A DNA stretch of 64,000 bases from a bacterium (lineage in GTDB: Bacteria; Electryoneota; Electryoneia; Electryoneales; Electryoneaceae). Location: the NCBI GenBank assembly GCA_963669175.1, contig OY769902.1, forward strand, positions 2,304,001-2,368,000. The letters are read 5' to 3'. Below, one piece after another: positions 49,473 to 60,012 of the stretch. How positions within the stretch are numbered: the stretch's first letter is position 1; each line of letters starts with the position of its first letter. Below the pieces are notes generated by a model. That model made no database searches, had not been told where the DNA came from, and was given only the letters and a program-made list of their open reading frames with translations. Both the position numbers and the translations under genes were made by a program.

Positions 49473-49818
49473 CCCGTATGGAGGTTACGTACATTTTTTT
49501 TCGCCTCTCATTGGGCTGGAAAAGATTGAGAGCATCTGAGTTAACTCGCAGATATAACAAAATGTTGACCTATGGATCATGTTAGAAAAGCATGAGCAGA
49601 AAATCTCCAAAAGGGGTTGACGTAGGGTTTTTTGTAAACGAAATTGCGACAGATTGTAGTCGAAATGACTACAAGGAACACGGGTTAAGCAAAAGGTGAC
49701 CGTAATGTCATATCCAGAATGGCCGGAAGGCAGCAGCGATGAGCCTACTCCTCTGGTACTGGTTGACGCGGTCGAGGTCCAAGAGCAGGAAGTACCAACC
49801 CCCACACGAGGAGACGCT

Positions 49819-50418
49819 ATGAAAAGAGTAGCGGTATTTATCGACGGGAGCAACTTCTATAACGGTCTGCGTGATAACATTGGCCGTATGGATGTTGACT
49901 TCCACAGGTTCGGCACCAAAATGGCCGAACTCGTCGATGGCGAGCTGCTTCGCATTTATTATTACAATGCGAAAGTAGATCCAGACTTTGATCCGGATAA
50001 CTACGAAAAGCAGCAGCGCTTCATTACCCACTTGGCCCACACTCCGCATTTAAGCCTTCGTCTTGGCAAGCTGGTGTATTACCAGGTGCGTGGCGAAGAA
50101 TCAACCGGTGGTCGTAAGCACTACGCGGTGGAGAAGGGACTGGATGTTAAATTAGCGATTGACCTGGTGCGTCTCGCAGTCAATCGTGCTGCCGAAGTTG
50201 CCGTAATCGTCTCCGGCGACAAGGACCTTGCTGAAGTAGTGGAATACGGCAAGGAAATGGGAATGATCGTATGCAGTGCGTTCTTCCCCCGTGGCTTGTC
50301 CGAAGCCCTGGCAACTCGTGCCGACAAGGTGTTCTATTTCAACGAAGAAATGTTGCATGACATCTTTATAGGCAACGATGAAGAAGCGAACGAAGAAGAC
50401 CCCGGTTTCAATCAATAA
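49819..50418 (+). CDS. NYN domain (LabA/DUF88, PIN-like) protein
   Basis: VFIDGSN, EKGLDVKLAID, VSGDKDL; GAGGAG RBS before ATG 49819. Confidence 0.9.
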   Translation: MKRVAVFIDGSNFYNGLRDNIGRMDVDFHRFGTKMAELVDGELLRIYYYNAKVDPDFDPDNYEKQQRFITHLAHTPHLSLRLGKLVYYQVRGEESTGGRKHYAVEKGLDVKLAIDLVRLAVNRAAEVAVIVSGDKDLAEVVEYGKEMGMIVCSAFFPRGLSEALATRADKVFYFNEEMLHDIFIGNDEEANEEDPGFNQ

Positions 50419-50441
50419 GCTGATTCAGAAACGAGTCTTCC

Positions 50442-50468
50442 ACGGGCTGCTTTGGCAGCCCGTTTTTT
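50442..50468 (+). terminator. Rho-independent terminator
   Basis: ACGGGCTGC-TTTG-GCAGCCCGT followed by a T-run. Confidence 0.8.
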
Positions 50469-50630
50469 GTGTAATCCAGTATGATTTTTTTATATCCAGG
50501 TGTCCCCTGAAGTCCACACATTGGACAACAGGATTGAAACCGTAAGTGTTTTTTTTTCGAAATTTGGTCGAGGTTTTGCATCTGAAATACTCACTGCCTA
50601 TATTTGATCCTATCATGAGTAGGAGAGGTT

Positions 50631-53600
50631 ATGAAACAAATGAAACCGGGGAATGCACGGAATTTCCTGACTGAACACGCGCATTCCGAAACATTACAAC
50701 AGATCAGATTGACGTTCTTCCCTTGCATAGCCTGCCTGATTCTGCACCTGCTGTTGTTGTCCGTCCCCGTGCTCGCGGAGACTATCGTCTCTGGTGAGGT
50801 TTCCGGCGTGTGGGACACGGACGGCTCCCCTTACCTCGTTACCGACACCCTGATCGTCCCGGAAGGTGAAACGCTCTCAATTCAAGCTGGGGTTCTGGTT
50901 CTGTTTCTCAACCAGTCGGATACTGTGAATTATCCGCTTTATGTTGGAGGGAGTTTATCTGCAATGGGACAGGAAGCGGATTCAATTCGTTTTCTGTCAC
51001 AAGGAGCGCCCTTTTCCGGCATTCTCCAATTACCCGGTTCCGATTCACCAGACATCACTCTTTCGCGTGTAGTGATACAAGGGGCGATTGTCGGGATTGA
51101 TGTCAGTGATGCATCTGTGACAGTAGACCACAGCAGAATTCATGGGGCGTTACAATGCCTTGAAGCGCGCGGTGAAGGTACTGTCAGCATGTCCTATTGC
51201 AGCCTGTTTCAGATTGATCCGGAAGATATCGCACTTGCGCACGTGGTCATGCAAGATGGTGGCCCGTATGAATTCCATCATAATTACGGCCCAAACGCCA
51301 AGTTTTTTGGGAATACCTCTTCAGGAATGGAAATCTATGAGAACGATATCAAATGGTGCAATATGGCTACCTCCACAGTGTGTGAAGTCTATAATAACAC
51401 TTTTCACAGGCTGGACTGTTCAGGTGATATGAATTTTATTGGCACATTTTCGGTCCATGATAACATAATCCAGGGGGATCCTGTTGATTATGGCATTTCG
51501 GCCATGGATTGTGAGATGGACATTTCAAATAACACAACTGATGCGATCTATTTCAGTCATTCAACCGGGGAAATCACGGGAAATCGAATTCTTGGAAGTG
51601 GTGACGGCACGCGTCATGGTGCAATCATGCTATCCTACAGTGATGCTATAATCCGGAAAAATCTGATTGTCTCACCTGAACACGGTATCTACGTGAATCA
51701 CCCATCCGAGCAAAATATCGTCATAATCGGAAACACCATTCATTTTGACGATGCAGGCCTTCACCTTGGCTATATGGACATCCCTGAATGTACAATCAAG
51801 GACAATATATTCCTGGGAGATGGCTTTTCCTGTACAGGAATTGAAGTAACTAACGGGAATCCTCCAGATGAGGTCAGCTTCAATTGCTTCCATGACATTG
51901 CTGTTCTTTCAGCCGGATATGACTTGAATGAAGCGGCAAACATGGTCACCAATCCCTGTTTGGGCGGCGGTGATCCCTTCGACTACCATTTGCAGGCCAA
52001 TAGCCCGTGTATAGATGCAGGTGATCCTGAAAGCCCGGACGATCCGGACGGCACCCGTGCCGATATAGGGTACTACTACTACGATCAATCCATCGACAAC
52101 CCGCCCGTCCAGACCATACCGGAAGAGATCTTCGCGCAGACCGGGCAACTGCTGCGAATCCAGATCACCGCCACAGACGACAACGGCCCATTTGAATTCA
52201 CCTTCCCGGACTTGCCGGATTGGCTCAGCGAAGAAGATGAGCTGGACTGGGTGGGCGATACAACCGCTGTATCGGGAACTGTCCCCGTAGACGCGGAAGA
52301 TTTCAGTTTTATAGTGTTTGTAGAGGATTGCGAAGGACAAAGGGATTCGTCCGTCGTTTTTGTCATCGTGGATCACAGAACCCTGCTGAGTGGCGAGATC
52401 AGCGGGATACTTCACGTCGAGGATAGCCCGTTTTATGTCATAGAAGATATCATTGTTCCCGAAGGTGATAGCCTGGTCATCGAACCGGGGTGTAAGCTGC
52501 AGTTCCGGTATGTAGAGGATGAAGAGCAAAAAGTCGGTATTTTTAGCCGCGGTGTTTTGATTGCTGAAGGCACTGAACAGGATTCTATTTCTTTTTCGAT
52601 GGCTGACAATGAGGCAACTGTTGAAGGATGGAAAGGTTTTATCCTCTTGGGTCAAAGTTCAATGACTAGCCTTTCTTTTATAGGTTTATCTTTTGCGGAC
52701 TGGGCAATTAAGGCAGATTCATCTTGCAGTATCAGTCTTGATAATTCAAAGATTGTTGCTTTCAGACTCGGACTGACTGGATGGCATGGATGCATTGTTC
52801 AAGTCAGTTCTTCACTTTTCCTCAATAGAGAACAAGACCCAGGCAGCACCGCCCTAAGTATAAGCCAATCATCATATCTGGGAATTGATTCTTGTTATTT
52901 TAAAGATTTGATAGTTCCTCCAGAATTAGCACCGATTCGTGTTAACGGATCATCTGGGATCGTATCTAATTGTGTTTTTGATGGAACAGGATGGATCAGT
53001 GTAGATCTGCAAAGTTCCGTCCAAATCCACAACAATATTTTCTACGGTTCCAATGGCTACTATGGGATAGGTGATGCCAATAATGCAACTGCTACGATTT
53101 GTAATAATCTTTTTATAGGTTCTGATAGTTTGCCAGGAAGCGGTATCATAACACGATCTCCTGCTGATACCATACGAAATAATGTTTTCTACGGACTAAA
53201 CAACGCAATACAGATAGTAGAGAATTACGATGGCGGCCCAAGTGAAACAATAATTGAAGGCAATGCATTTGTAAGTTGTGGTTCTTCCATTCTGGACGTT
53301 TCTAATGATGGATTGTTATCTATCCATTATAACGCCTTTTATGAAAACGACTCGATAGATGCAGACCTGGATATTGATGAAACAAACCTGATTGTTGATC
53401 CGCAATTCGCAGACAGCCTTTTCCATCTTTTCAACACATCCCTCTTAATTGATGCTGGGCCACCGGATCAGATATTGAACGATCAGGATAGTACAAGAAA
53501 TGACATTGGCCTTTGGGGCGGACCGTATGGAGCCAGTTATGAATATCCTACAGGAATTTATGAGGAACATGGCGAGTTCTTGCCAAATTCAACCGTGCTA

Positions 53601-53849
53601 TATGATCCTTACCCAAACCCCTTTAACTGCCAAGCTGTCATTCGATTTTCACTGAAACATAGACAAAAGGTACAGATTCGATTGTTCAATATTCTTGGTG
53701 AGGAAGTCAGAACCTGGAATTTCCCTGAGCTTGATATTGGTTTGCATAGAGTTGCAATCGATGGAAACGGGCTTTCTTCAGGAGTTTACTTTTTAAAACT
53801 AGTCACAGGAAAGGAGGTGAAGAGCGCACGGCTAGTTCTAGTTAGATAA
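50631..53849 (+). CDS. Secreted protein with two beta-helix modules and T9SS-type CTD
   Basis: Two related modules (VSGEVSGVW..SPY / LSGEISGIL..SPF, each ending IDAG...D.D.TR.DIG) joined by an Ig-like segment; YPNPFN...LSSGVYF...LVR. Confidence 0.85.
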   Translation: MKQMKPGNARNFLTEHAHSETLQQIRLTFFPCIACLILHLLLLSVPVLAETIVSGEVSGVWDTDGSPYLVTDTLIVPEGETLSIQAGVLVLFLNQSDTVNYPLYVGGSLSAMGQEADSIRFLSQGAPFSGILQLPGSDSPDITLSRVVIQGAIVGIDVSDASVTVDHSRIHGALQCLEARGEGTVSMSYCSLFQIDPEDIALAHVVMQDGGPYEFHHNYGPNAKFFGNTSSGMEIYENDIKWCNMATSTVCEVYNNTFHRLDCSGDMNFIGTFSVHDNIIQGDPVDYGISAMDCEMDISNNTTDAIYFSHSTGEITGNRILGSGDGTRHGAIMLSYSDAIIRKNLIVSPEHGIYVNHPSEQNIVIIGNTIHFDDAGLHLGYMDIPECTIKDNIFLGDGFSCTGIEVTNGNPPDEVSFNCFHDIAVLSAGYDLNEAANMVTNPCLGGGDPFDYHLQANSPCIDAGDPESPDDPDGTRADIGYYYYDQSIDNPPVQTIPEEIFAQTGQLLRIQITATDDNGPFEFTFPDLPDWLSEEDELDWVGDTTAVSGTVPVDAEDFSFIVFVEDCEGQRDSSVVFVIVDHRTLLSGEISGILHVEDSPFYVIEDIIVPEGDSLVIEPGCKLQFRYVEDEEQKVGIFSRGVLIAEGTEQDSISFSMADNEATVEGWKGFILLGQSSMTSLSFIGLSFADWAIKADSSCSISLDNSKIVAFRLGLTGWHGCIVQVSSSLFLNREQDPGSTALSISQSSYLGIDSCYFKDLIVPPELAPIRVNGSSGIVSNCVFDGTGWISVDLQSSVQIHNNIFYGSNGYYGIGDANNATATICNNLFIGSDSLPGSGIITRSPADTIRNNVFYGLNNAIQIVENYDGGPSETIIEGNAFVSCGSSILDVSNDGLLSIHYNAFYENDSIDADLDIDETNLIVDPQFADSLFHLFNTSLLIDAGPPDQILNDQDSTRNDIGLWGGPYGASYEYPTGIYEEHGEFLPNSTVLYDPYPNPFNCQAVIRFSLKHRQKVQIRLFNILGEEVRTWNFPELDIGLHRVAIDGNGLSSGVYFLKLVTGKEVKSARLVLVR

Positions 53850-53864
53850 GTTTGGTAAAAAGAG

Positions 53865-53906
53865 AGCCGTGCGGATAGAGCGGCTAACTCACAGATCCGC
53901 ACGGCT
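53865..53906. other. Intergenic hairpin (12-bp perfect stem)
   Basis: AGCCGTGCGGAT...ATCCGCACGGCT between two co-oriented T9SS genes; no U-tail on the + strand. Confidence 0.5.
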
Positions 53907-53959
53907 ACAATCAGTCGAGACACGAGGTCTTGACCAACTTTTTAATGTAGGAGGTTGAC

Positions 53960-56900
53960 ATGGATTGGCGAAAGAGTCTTTTCGCAGTTCTGTTATCAGT
54001 GCTGAGTGTTTCCATGGGATTTGCTCTTACCATCTCTGGTGATATTGATGGCGAGGATGAAGACCTTACGACCTGGGGCGATCAGGCGGGGGAAGACCTT
54101 GTCTACATAACACCAAATGGTGCCACCGAGATTCATGTTGCAGATGGAGTCGAACTGATCATCTATCCCGGTGTCGAAGTTCGTTTTACCGGTGATTACT
54201 CTTTGATCATTGATGCTGGTGCTACCCTAACCGCTGAAGGTTCGGAAGGAAGCGAGATCCTTTTTACTGGCTCAACGCAATCGGCAGGATTTTGGAGATC
54301 TATCAAGGTCTATGGCGAAGAGGGAACACCAGCTAATGCTAGCTTCGATCATTGTATCGTCGAATATGGCGGAATAACAACAGATGACAACAATGCAAGC
54401 GGTGCGGTTGTTGCCTGGGGCTTTTCAGTTGTTTCTATTGAAAATTCAACCGTACGTTATTGTGAAGGTGGGGCGTTTGTATCCAGACACCAGCCGCATT
54501 ACAATGATATTTCTGTCGTAAATTGTACAATGTATGATTGTGACTACGGCATTTATATTGCCGATCAGTTTCCAGTAGAACCAAATCCCGATATCATTGG
54601 AAATACGATATTTGGAATCGCGCATGATGGTATTTACACAGATGGCGTTGATGAAAACGAGGAGATGGAGCCAATAATCAAGAACAACTTGATCTTCAAC
54701 TGTGGAGATAATGGTTTGAACCTGGCGTACCTGAGTGTCATCGAAAATAATACCATTGCCCACTGTGGAGAAAGTGCTATCGTCGCTTCTAATGCTTTGG
54801 GCAGCTATTCGGTCAAAAATAACCTTCTCTATGATTACACAGACTACGGACTTGATGCAGGCGTTTTAACACCGACAATTTCATATAACTGCTACTACTC
54901 TTCCGAGGGTGGAAGTGATACAACATCAGCCAGTGTTGATGCAGACTACGGAGTTCTGACTGAACCATGTCTTGCCCTGGAAAACGAGACTGCTGATACC
55001 AGCACTGATGTTTTTGACTACCATTTGCTTTGGGATTCACCTTGCCTCCATGCTGGTGAAAATCTATCAACGAACAAGAACCCTAACAATACTCGTTGTG
55101 ATATTGGAGCGTTCGGTGGTCCGGATGTTCCCATTGCGGATTACTATGTAGCGATAAAAGGCACACTGGACGACGAAACGACTTTACTTGGTACAATTGG
55201 CTCGCCGATAAGAGTAATTGATGATGTACTCGTTGAGGACGGGGATTCAGTTTATATCGGGACAACTTTAGGTAGTTTTCAATTTGAATTTCTTGAAGAT
55301 GTGACTTGGACCATAGAAGGTGAACTGGTGGTTGATGGGTACAGTTCGAGTAACAAGATCATCTTTACAGCGGTAGACCCAAGTGAACCATGGGATTGTA
55401 TCTCGTTTGAAGATAATGCTGAAGGTGATTTCGAGTACTTTGCGATTTCAGGCGCTGATTATGGCGTTTACTTCTCCGATAATGCCATCGCTGATCTTTC
55501 CCATGGGGAAATATCTGATATTACGCTGGATGGAATCGTAATTGCCACTTCTCAAGATTATAATTTCGATTATCTGACTATCGAGGATTGTGGGGCGAAT
55601 GGAATTGAAGTCACCAATGGTGATCTCACCATTGAGTATAGCGTTATCACAGTAGATCACTCCCCGTTCTACCTGTCCAGTGCAGATGCCACGATTGATA
55701 CGTGCCTTATGCGGTCTTCAGATAAATGGGGAATTTACGCAACCAATAGCGGCCCCATTATAACGCGTTCTCTTATTGATTCCTGTGGCTATAACGGTTT
55801 TTACGGCACTGCCAGTAGTGATGCTGTTTTTGGGATACAGGATGTTTCTGCATTTGGAAACCGATTGTATAATAACGGTATGGATGCGCCTGACAGTGGT
55901 GCAGCAGCGGAAGTTTACTTGTATAATAGTAGTCCGACCATCAAAAACGGTTATAATGATATCGTTGATACACGCACATCGAATCATAACAAGCTGCTAC
56001 TTTGGACGAACGATGCCAGTGGGCCTGTTAATTATGGGTACAGTTATTTCTCTGGACCTTATGGTCCGGACAGTGTTAAAGCCTGGTCTGTTCCCAGGGG
56101 ATACTTTACCTTTGAAGCGCCTGGGCCGTACCGTGGGGCGTTGACCGTGACCAACATGGATCTTGCGCTAGAGGCTGAGTTTGATGGCGAATACGAGGAT
56201 GCGGTTGACCTGTACTGGAATGCGTTCACTGAGGACGGTGAACCGGGAGCATTGAAGCGCTGGATCTGTTGCAACCGTAAGCTGGAAGCAGATCCGGCTG
56301 ACTTGTTAGATGAAGTGAATGAACTGGGCGAGTTGGAAGGTTTGGAACGGCCGCTGTTCTGGAACCGTATCCTATTGCAGAATCGCGCCGGGGAATTTGA
56401 AGAATCCATTGACATGCTGGATGATTTTGTGGATGAGGCGGCAACGGAACTTGATTCCGTGCAGGGAATGCTATCACAGCTTGAAACTTATTACCAGATG
56501 GCGTTGGCGAACGGTGGCGGCATAATGACGCAATCTGCCGGAGAATCAGTGAAACGTGACTTCCAACCCTACGGTCTTGCCCAACTCGGTACACATGCAT
56601 CGATTGTGCCGGACAACTACGCAGATTATCGCGCCAAGCGGGACGCGTTGATGGAAGCCTCATCTCGTCCTGTTCGTCTGAGCGATACCGGCTTACCGCA
56701 GGAATTTGCGCTCGAGGCAGCCTATCCGAACCCGTTCAACCCGGCGGTAACAATTCCGTTTGCCTTGCCACGTTCCGCGCGGGTGAAGATCGCCGTGTTC
56801 AACATGCTGGGACAGCGTGTGGAGACACTGGCAGATCGTCAACTGAACGCGGGTCGGCACAGTGTGACTTGGGATGGCAGCGCGTTTGCTTCGGGCGTGT

Positions 56901-56962
56901 ACTTCGTGCGGATGGAAGCGCCGGGTGCGGTACAGACCAGGCGGATTGTGCTGATGAAGTGA
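53960..56962 (+). CDS. Secreted beta-helix + TPR-like protein with T9SS-type CTD
   Basis: AGGAGG RBS, signal peptide, beta-helix repeats, helical region, AYPNPFNP...FASGVYF...VLMK. Confidence 0.85.
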   Translation: MDWRKSLFAVLLSVLSVSMGFALTISGDIDGEDEDLTTWGDQAGEDLVYITPNGATEIHVADGVELIIYPGVEVRFTGDYSLIIDAGATLTAEGSEGSEILFTGSTQSAGFWRSIKVYGEEGTPANASFDHCIVEYGGITTDDNNASGAVVAWGFSVVSIENSTVRYCEGGAFVSRHQPHYNDISVVNCTMYDCDYGIYIADQFPVEPNPDIIGNTIFGIAHDGIYTDGVDENEEMEPIIKNNLIFNCGDNGLNLAYLSVIENNTIAHCGESAIVASNALGSYSVKNNLLYDYTDYGLDAGVLTPTISYNCYYSSEGGSDTTSASVDADYGVLTEPCLALENETADTSTDVFDYHLLWDSPCLHAGENLSTNKNPNNTRCDIGAFGGPDVPIADYYVAIKGTLDDETTLLGTIGSPIRVIDDVLVEDGDSVYIGTTLGSFQFEFLEDVTWTIEGELVVDGYSSSNKIIFTAVDPSEPWDCISFEDNAEGDFEYFAISGADYGVYFSDNAIADLSHGEISDITLDGIVIATSQDYNFDYLTIEDCGANGIEVTNGDLTIEYSVITVDHSPFYLSSADATIDTCLMRSSDKWGIYATNSGPIITRSLIDSCGYNGFYGTASSDAVFGIQDVSAFGNRLYNNGMDAPDSGAAAEVYLYNSSPTIKNGYNDIVDTRTSNHNKLLLWTNDASGPVNYGYSYFSGPYGPDSVKAWSVPRGYFTFEAPGPYRGALTVTNMDLALEAEFDGEYEDAVDLYWNAFTEDGEPGALKRWICCNRKLEADPADLLDEVNELGELEGLERPLFWNRILLQNRAGEFEESIDMLDDFVDEAATELDSVQGMLSQLETYYQMALANGGGIMTQSAGESVKRDFQPYGLAQLGTHASIVPDNYADYRAKRDALMEASSRPVRLSDTGLPQEFALEAAYPNPFNPAVTIPFALPRSARVKIAVFNMLGQRVETLADRQLNAGRHSVTWDGSAFASGVYFVRMEAPGAVQTRRIVLMK

Positions 56963-57128
56963 TCTGTTGAAACATCACTTGGCGCTGATCTAGAACTTGA
57001 TTCTACGATCTGTCTCAGTCCCGATTCGCTCGTTACTTCATCATGTGCAGGAGTATTATCACAGTATTCAAGCAACAGAAATAGCGGAAGTAATCTCACT
57101 TGCGGATCGTGCCACCTGACTTTTCAGG

Positions 57129-57162
57129 AAAACAAAACGCGCCGGGCAGAACCCGGCGCGTT
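57129..57162 (-). terminator. Rho-independent terminator after hbd
   Basis: AACGCGCCGGG-CAGAA-CCCGGCGCGTT stem with a U-rich tail on the minus strand. Confidence 0.75.
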
Positions 57163-57186
57163 GAATTTCAATCACGTATTAATCAC

Positions 57187-58071
57187 TCAGAACGAGCGCG
57201 CTGCCGGGTTACGGGGATCTTCGCTGTAATCGTAGAACCCGATACCGGTTTTGTTGCCCAGGTCGCCGGCGGCAACCATCTTGCGCAGCAGGGGGCAGGG
57301 ACGATATTTGCTGTCGCCCAGGCCGTCATGCAGCACTTCCATGATCGCGAGGCAGACATCCAGCCCGATCAGGTCGGCGAGACGCAGCGGACCCATGGGA
57401 TGCGCCATACCAAGCTTCATGACACCGTCGATCTCAGCCACGCCGCCCACGCCTTCCATCAACGCATACACCGCTTCGTTGATCATCGGCATGAGGATAC
57501 GGTTGGCGACAAAGCCCGGGTAGTCATTGACCAGGATCGGAATCTTGCCCATGGCTTTGGACAGTTCATCCACGGCCTGGTAGGTCGCGTCCGAGGTCTT
57601 CAAGCCGTTGATCACTTCCACCAGTTTCATCATCGGCACGGGATTCATGAAGTGCATGCCGATCACCTTGTCGGCGCGGTTGGTGTGCGCGGCGATCTCG
57701 GTGATGGAAATGGTCGAGGTGTTCGACGCCAGGATCACATCCGGGCCGACCAGCTTGTCGAGCTGCGTGAACAGGTCGAACTTGATCTGCGGATTTTCCG
57801 TGGCGGCTTCCACCACAAATTCACGATCCTTCACGGCGTTGATATCGGTGGTGAAGGTGATGCGTCCGAGTGCGGCGTCCGCGTCTTCCTGGGTGATTTT
57901 TTCCTTCTTGACCATACGGCCCAGGTTCTTGGAAATGGTCGCCTTGGCGCGTTCAAGGAATTCTTCCTTGATGTCAATGGCGAGAACGTCCAGTCCGGTC
58001 TGCGCCGCTACCTGCGCAATGCCGTTGCCCATCGTGCCGGTGCCGATCACGGCAAACTTCGTAATAGCCAT
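57187..58071 (-). CDS. hbd: 3-hydroxybutyryl-CoA dehydrogenase
   Basis: GTGTMGNGIA, VEAATE, LASNTS, GMHFMNP, PGFVANR, HPMGPL..ADLIGLD. Confidence 0.93.
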   Translation of the reverse strand: MAITKFAVIGTGTMGNGIAQVAAQTGLDVLAIDIKEEFLERAKATISKNLGRMVKKEKITQEDADAALGRITFTTDINAVKDREFVVEAATENPQIKFDLFTQLDKLVGPDVILASNTSTISITEIAAHTNRADKVIGMHFMNPVPMMKLVEVINGLKTSDATYQAVDELSKAMGKIPILVNDYPGFVANRILMPMINEAVYALMEGVGGVAEIDGVMKLGMAHPMGPLRLADLIGLDVCLAIMEVLHDGLGDSKYRPCPLLRKMVAAGDLGNKTGIGFYDYSEDPRNPAARSF

Positions 58072-58097
58072 CTTAGTCCTCCCTTATACGTTTTCTT

Positions 58098-58238
58098 CTC
58101 ACAGGATAGTAGGATATTCAGGATGTCAAGGATGAAAGCTTAAAGCTACTGCAAGATTGTAGTTAGCAAACCTTTTCAATCCTTGTTTTCTCTTTATCCT
58201 TCTGATCCTATTATCCTATTATCCTATCATCCTGTGAG
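58098..58238. repeat. Inverted array of AGGAT/ATCCT short repeats
   Basis: CTCACAGGAT(AGTAGGAT...) to (...ATCCTATC)ATCCTGTGAG; 10-bp perfect terminal IR. Confidence 0.72.
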
Positions 58239-58244
58239 TCAGGA

Positions 58245-59420
58245 TTACAGCAATTCCACCGCGAGTGCAGTCGCTTCGCCGCCGCCGTTGCACAGGCTGG
58301 CGATACCCTTCTTCTTGCCGTCCTGCTTCAGGGCGTGAATCAGGGAGACCAGGATACGCGCTCCGCTGGCGCCGATCGGGTGGCCCAGGGCAACCGCGCC
58401 GCCACGGACGTTCACATTGGAACCATCCAGGCCCAGCTCACGGTTGTTCCAGATGCTTACTACGGCAAACGCTTCGTTCAGTTCGTAGTAGTCCACATCT
58501 TCGACTGTCCAGCCAACCTTGGCGAGGCACTTCTTGACCGCGCCGGCCGGGGCGGTGGTGAACCATTCGGGAGCCTGGCTGTGAGTCGCCCAGCCCTTGA
58601 GTTCGGCGATTGGCTTCAGGCCCTTTTCCGCGGCCCAGTCGGGATCGGCTACGATCAACGCCGCGCCGCCATCATTGATGGAGCTGGCATTGGCTGCGGT
58701 CACGGTGCCGTCCTTGGCGAAAGCTGGACGCAATTTCGGCATCTTATCCGGATTGCCACGGCCCGGTTCTTCATCCGTATCGAATATGATGTCGCCCTTA
58801 CGGCTGGGGATGACTACCGGTACGATTTCTTCCTTGAACAGGCCCTTGTTGATCGAATTCAATGTCTTCGCGTAGGAAGCGATGGCGAACTCGTCCTGTT
58901 CTTCACGGGTGATGTTGTATTCCTTGGCACATAGTTCCGCGCAGGAACCCATGTGCTGATCGGAATAAGGATCCCAGAGGCCGTCCTGGACCATGAGGTC
59001 GAGGATCTTGCCGTGGCCGTAACGATAGCCCGTGCGTCCCTGTGCGAGCAGGTAAGGCGCGAGGCTCATGTTTTCCATACCGCCGGCGGCAACGACTTTA
59101 TTTTCGCCGAGCATGATGGAGCCTGCTGCTTCCATAACTGCTTTCAGGCCGGAGGAGCAAACCTTGTTGATGGTCCAGGCTGATTTCTCGTTCGGGACAC
59201 CGGCGTACTTGGCCGCCTGGCGAGCCGGAGCCTGTCCAACCCCGCCCTGGAGAACCATACCCATAATGACTTCATCGACATCTTCTGGTGTGATACCGGC
59301 TTTCGTGATCGCGTTCTTGATCGCCGCGCCGCCGAGCTGGGTCGCCGGAATCGCGGAGAGAGCACCGCCCATCGAGCCGATCGCTGTCCGTGTCGCTGAC
59401 AGGATCACTGCGTTCTTCAT
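58245..59420 (-). CDS. atoB: Acetyl-CoA C-acetyltransferase (thiolase)
   Basis: INKVCSSG, NEAF, GHPIGASG, LCNGGG. Confidence 0.94.
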   Translation of the reverse strand: MKNAVILSATRTAIGSMGGALSAIPATQLGGAAIKNAITKAGITPEDVDEVIMGMVLQGGVGQAPARQAAKYAGVPNEKSAWTINKVCSSGLKAVMEAAGSIMLGENKVVAAGGMENMSLAPYLLAQGRTGYRYGHGKILDLMVQDGLWDPYSDQHMGSCAELCAKEYNITREEQDEFAIASYAKTLNSINKGLFKEEIVPVVIPSRKGDIIFDTDEEPGRGNPDKMPKLRPAFAKDGTVTAANASSINDGGAALIVADPDWAAEKGLKPIAELKGWATHSQAPEWFTTAPAGAVKKCLAKVGWTVEDVDYYELNEAFAVVSIWNNRELGLDGSNVNVRGGAVALGHPIGASGARILVSLIHALKQDGKKKGIASLCNGGGEATALAVELL

Positions 59421-59639
59421 CCTTACCTCCGTGTTTTTTGTTGTATAGAGAAAGGCATGTCGTTCTCAAAATTGAGAGACGGGGATACGAGAATACGAAA
59501 CAATCTCGAAAAAATCCAGCGTAGCGGAGCGGAAAAGGTTTATTGATCTGTGGAGGCACAACTAATCAAACTTGCAAAGAATCAACCAGAGGCTGATTCG
59601 TGATTCGAAATGAGAAGTCTTCAGGAAGAGGATGATTGC

Positions 59640-59891
59640 TTACCTGGCAGAAGTGAACCAGACAACATGGCAACGATAGACCAGTTTCTGTTTGGTGCGC
59701 TGCGTGTTGTACTCATGCATGCGTTCTGCTACAAACTTGTCACCGCAACTGCTACAGCAGGTCACCATGGTTTTGTGTTCCTGGCTGGCCAGATAGCTAT
59801 TGCGTCCGACGATGACTTTCGCGCCGGGAACAGTCCTCGGGTCGACAAACTTCTTATGGCACTGTTCACAGCGAAGATACTGCTTTTCCAA
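59640..59891 (-). CDS. Hypothetical zinc-ribbon-like small protein
   Basis: TTG start with GGAG RBS; CEQC and CSSC pairs. Confidence 0.5.
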   Translation of the reverse strand: MEKQYLRCEQCHKKFVDPRTVPGAKVIVGRNSYLASQEHKTMVTCCSSCGDKFVAERMHEYNTQRTKQKLVYRCHVVWFTSAR

Positions 59892-60012
59892 GGCGAAACT
59901 CCGTTCTTAGTGTCTTCACATCATGCTAAAGATATACTCACTGGCAAAACTTGCAAAAGGTGCAATAGAGGCGTCCTTGCTCCATGGGAGGCCAACTCAC
60001 TGGAATCAACTT

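Noticed and set aside
57100-58143. 347-aa + strand ORF, and similar long antisense ORFs (22423-23319, 30247-31026, 51909-52655)
   Set aside because: Shadow frames opposite well-supported genes with biased codon usage; no recognisable motifs.
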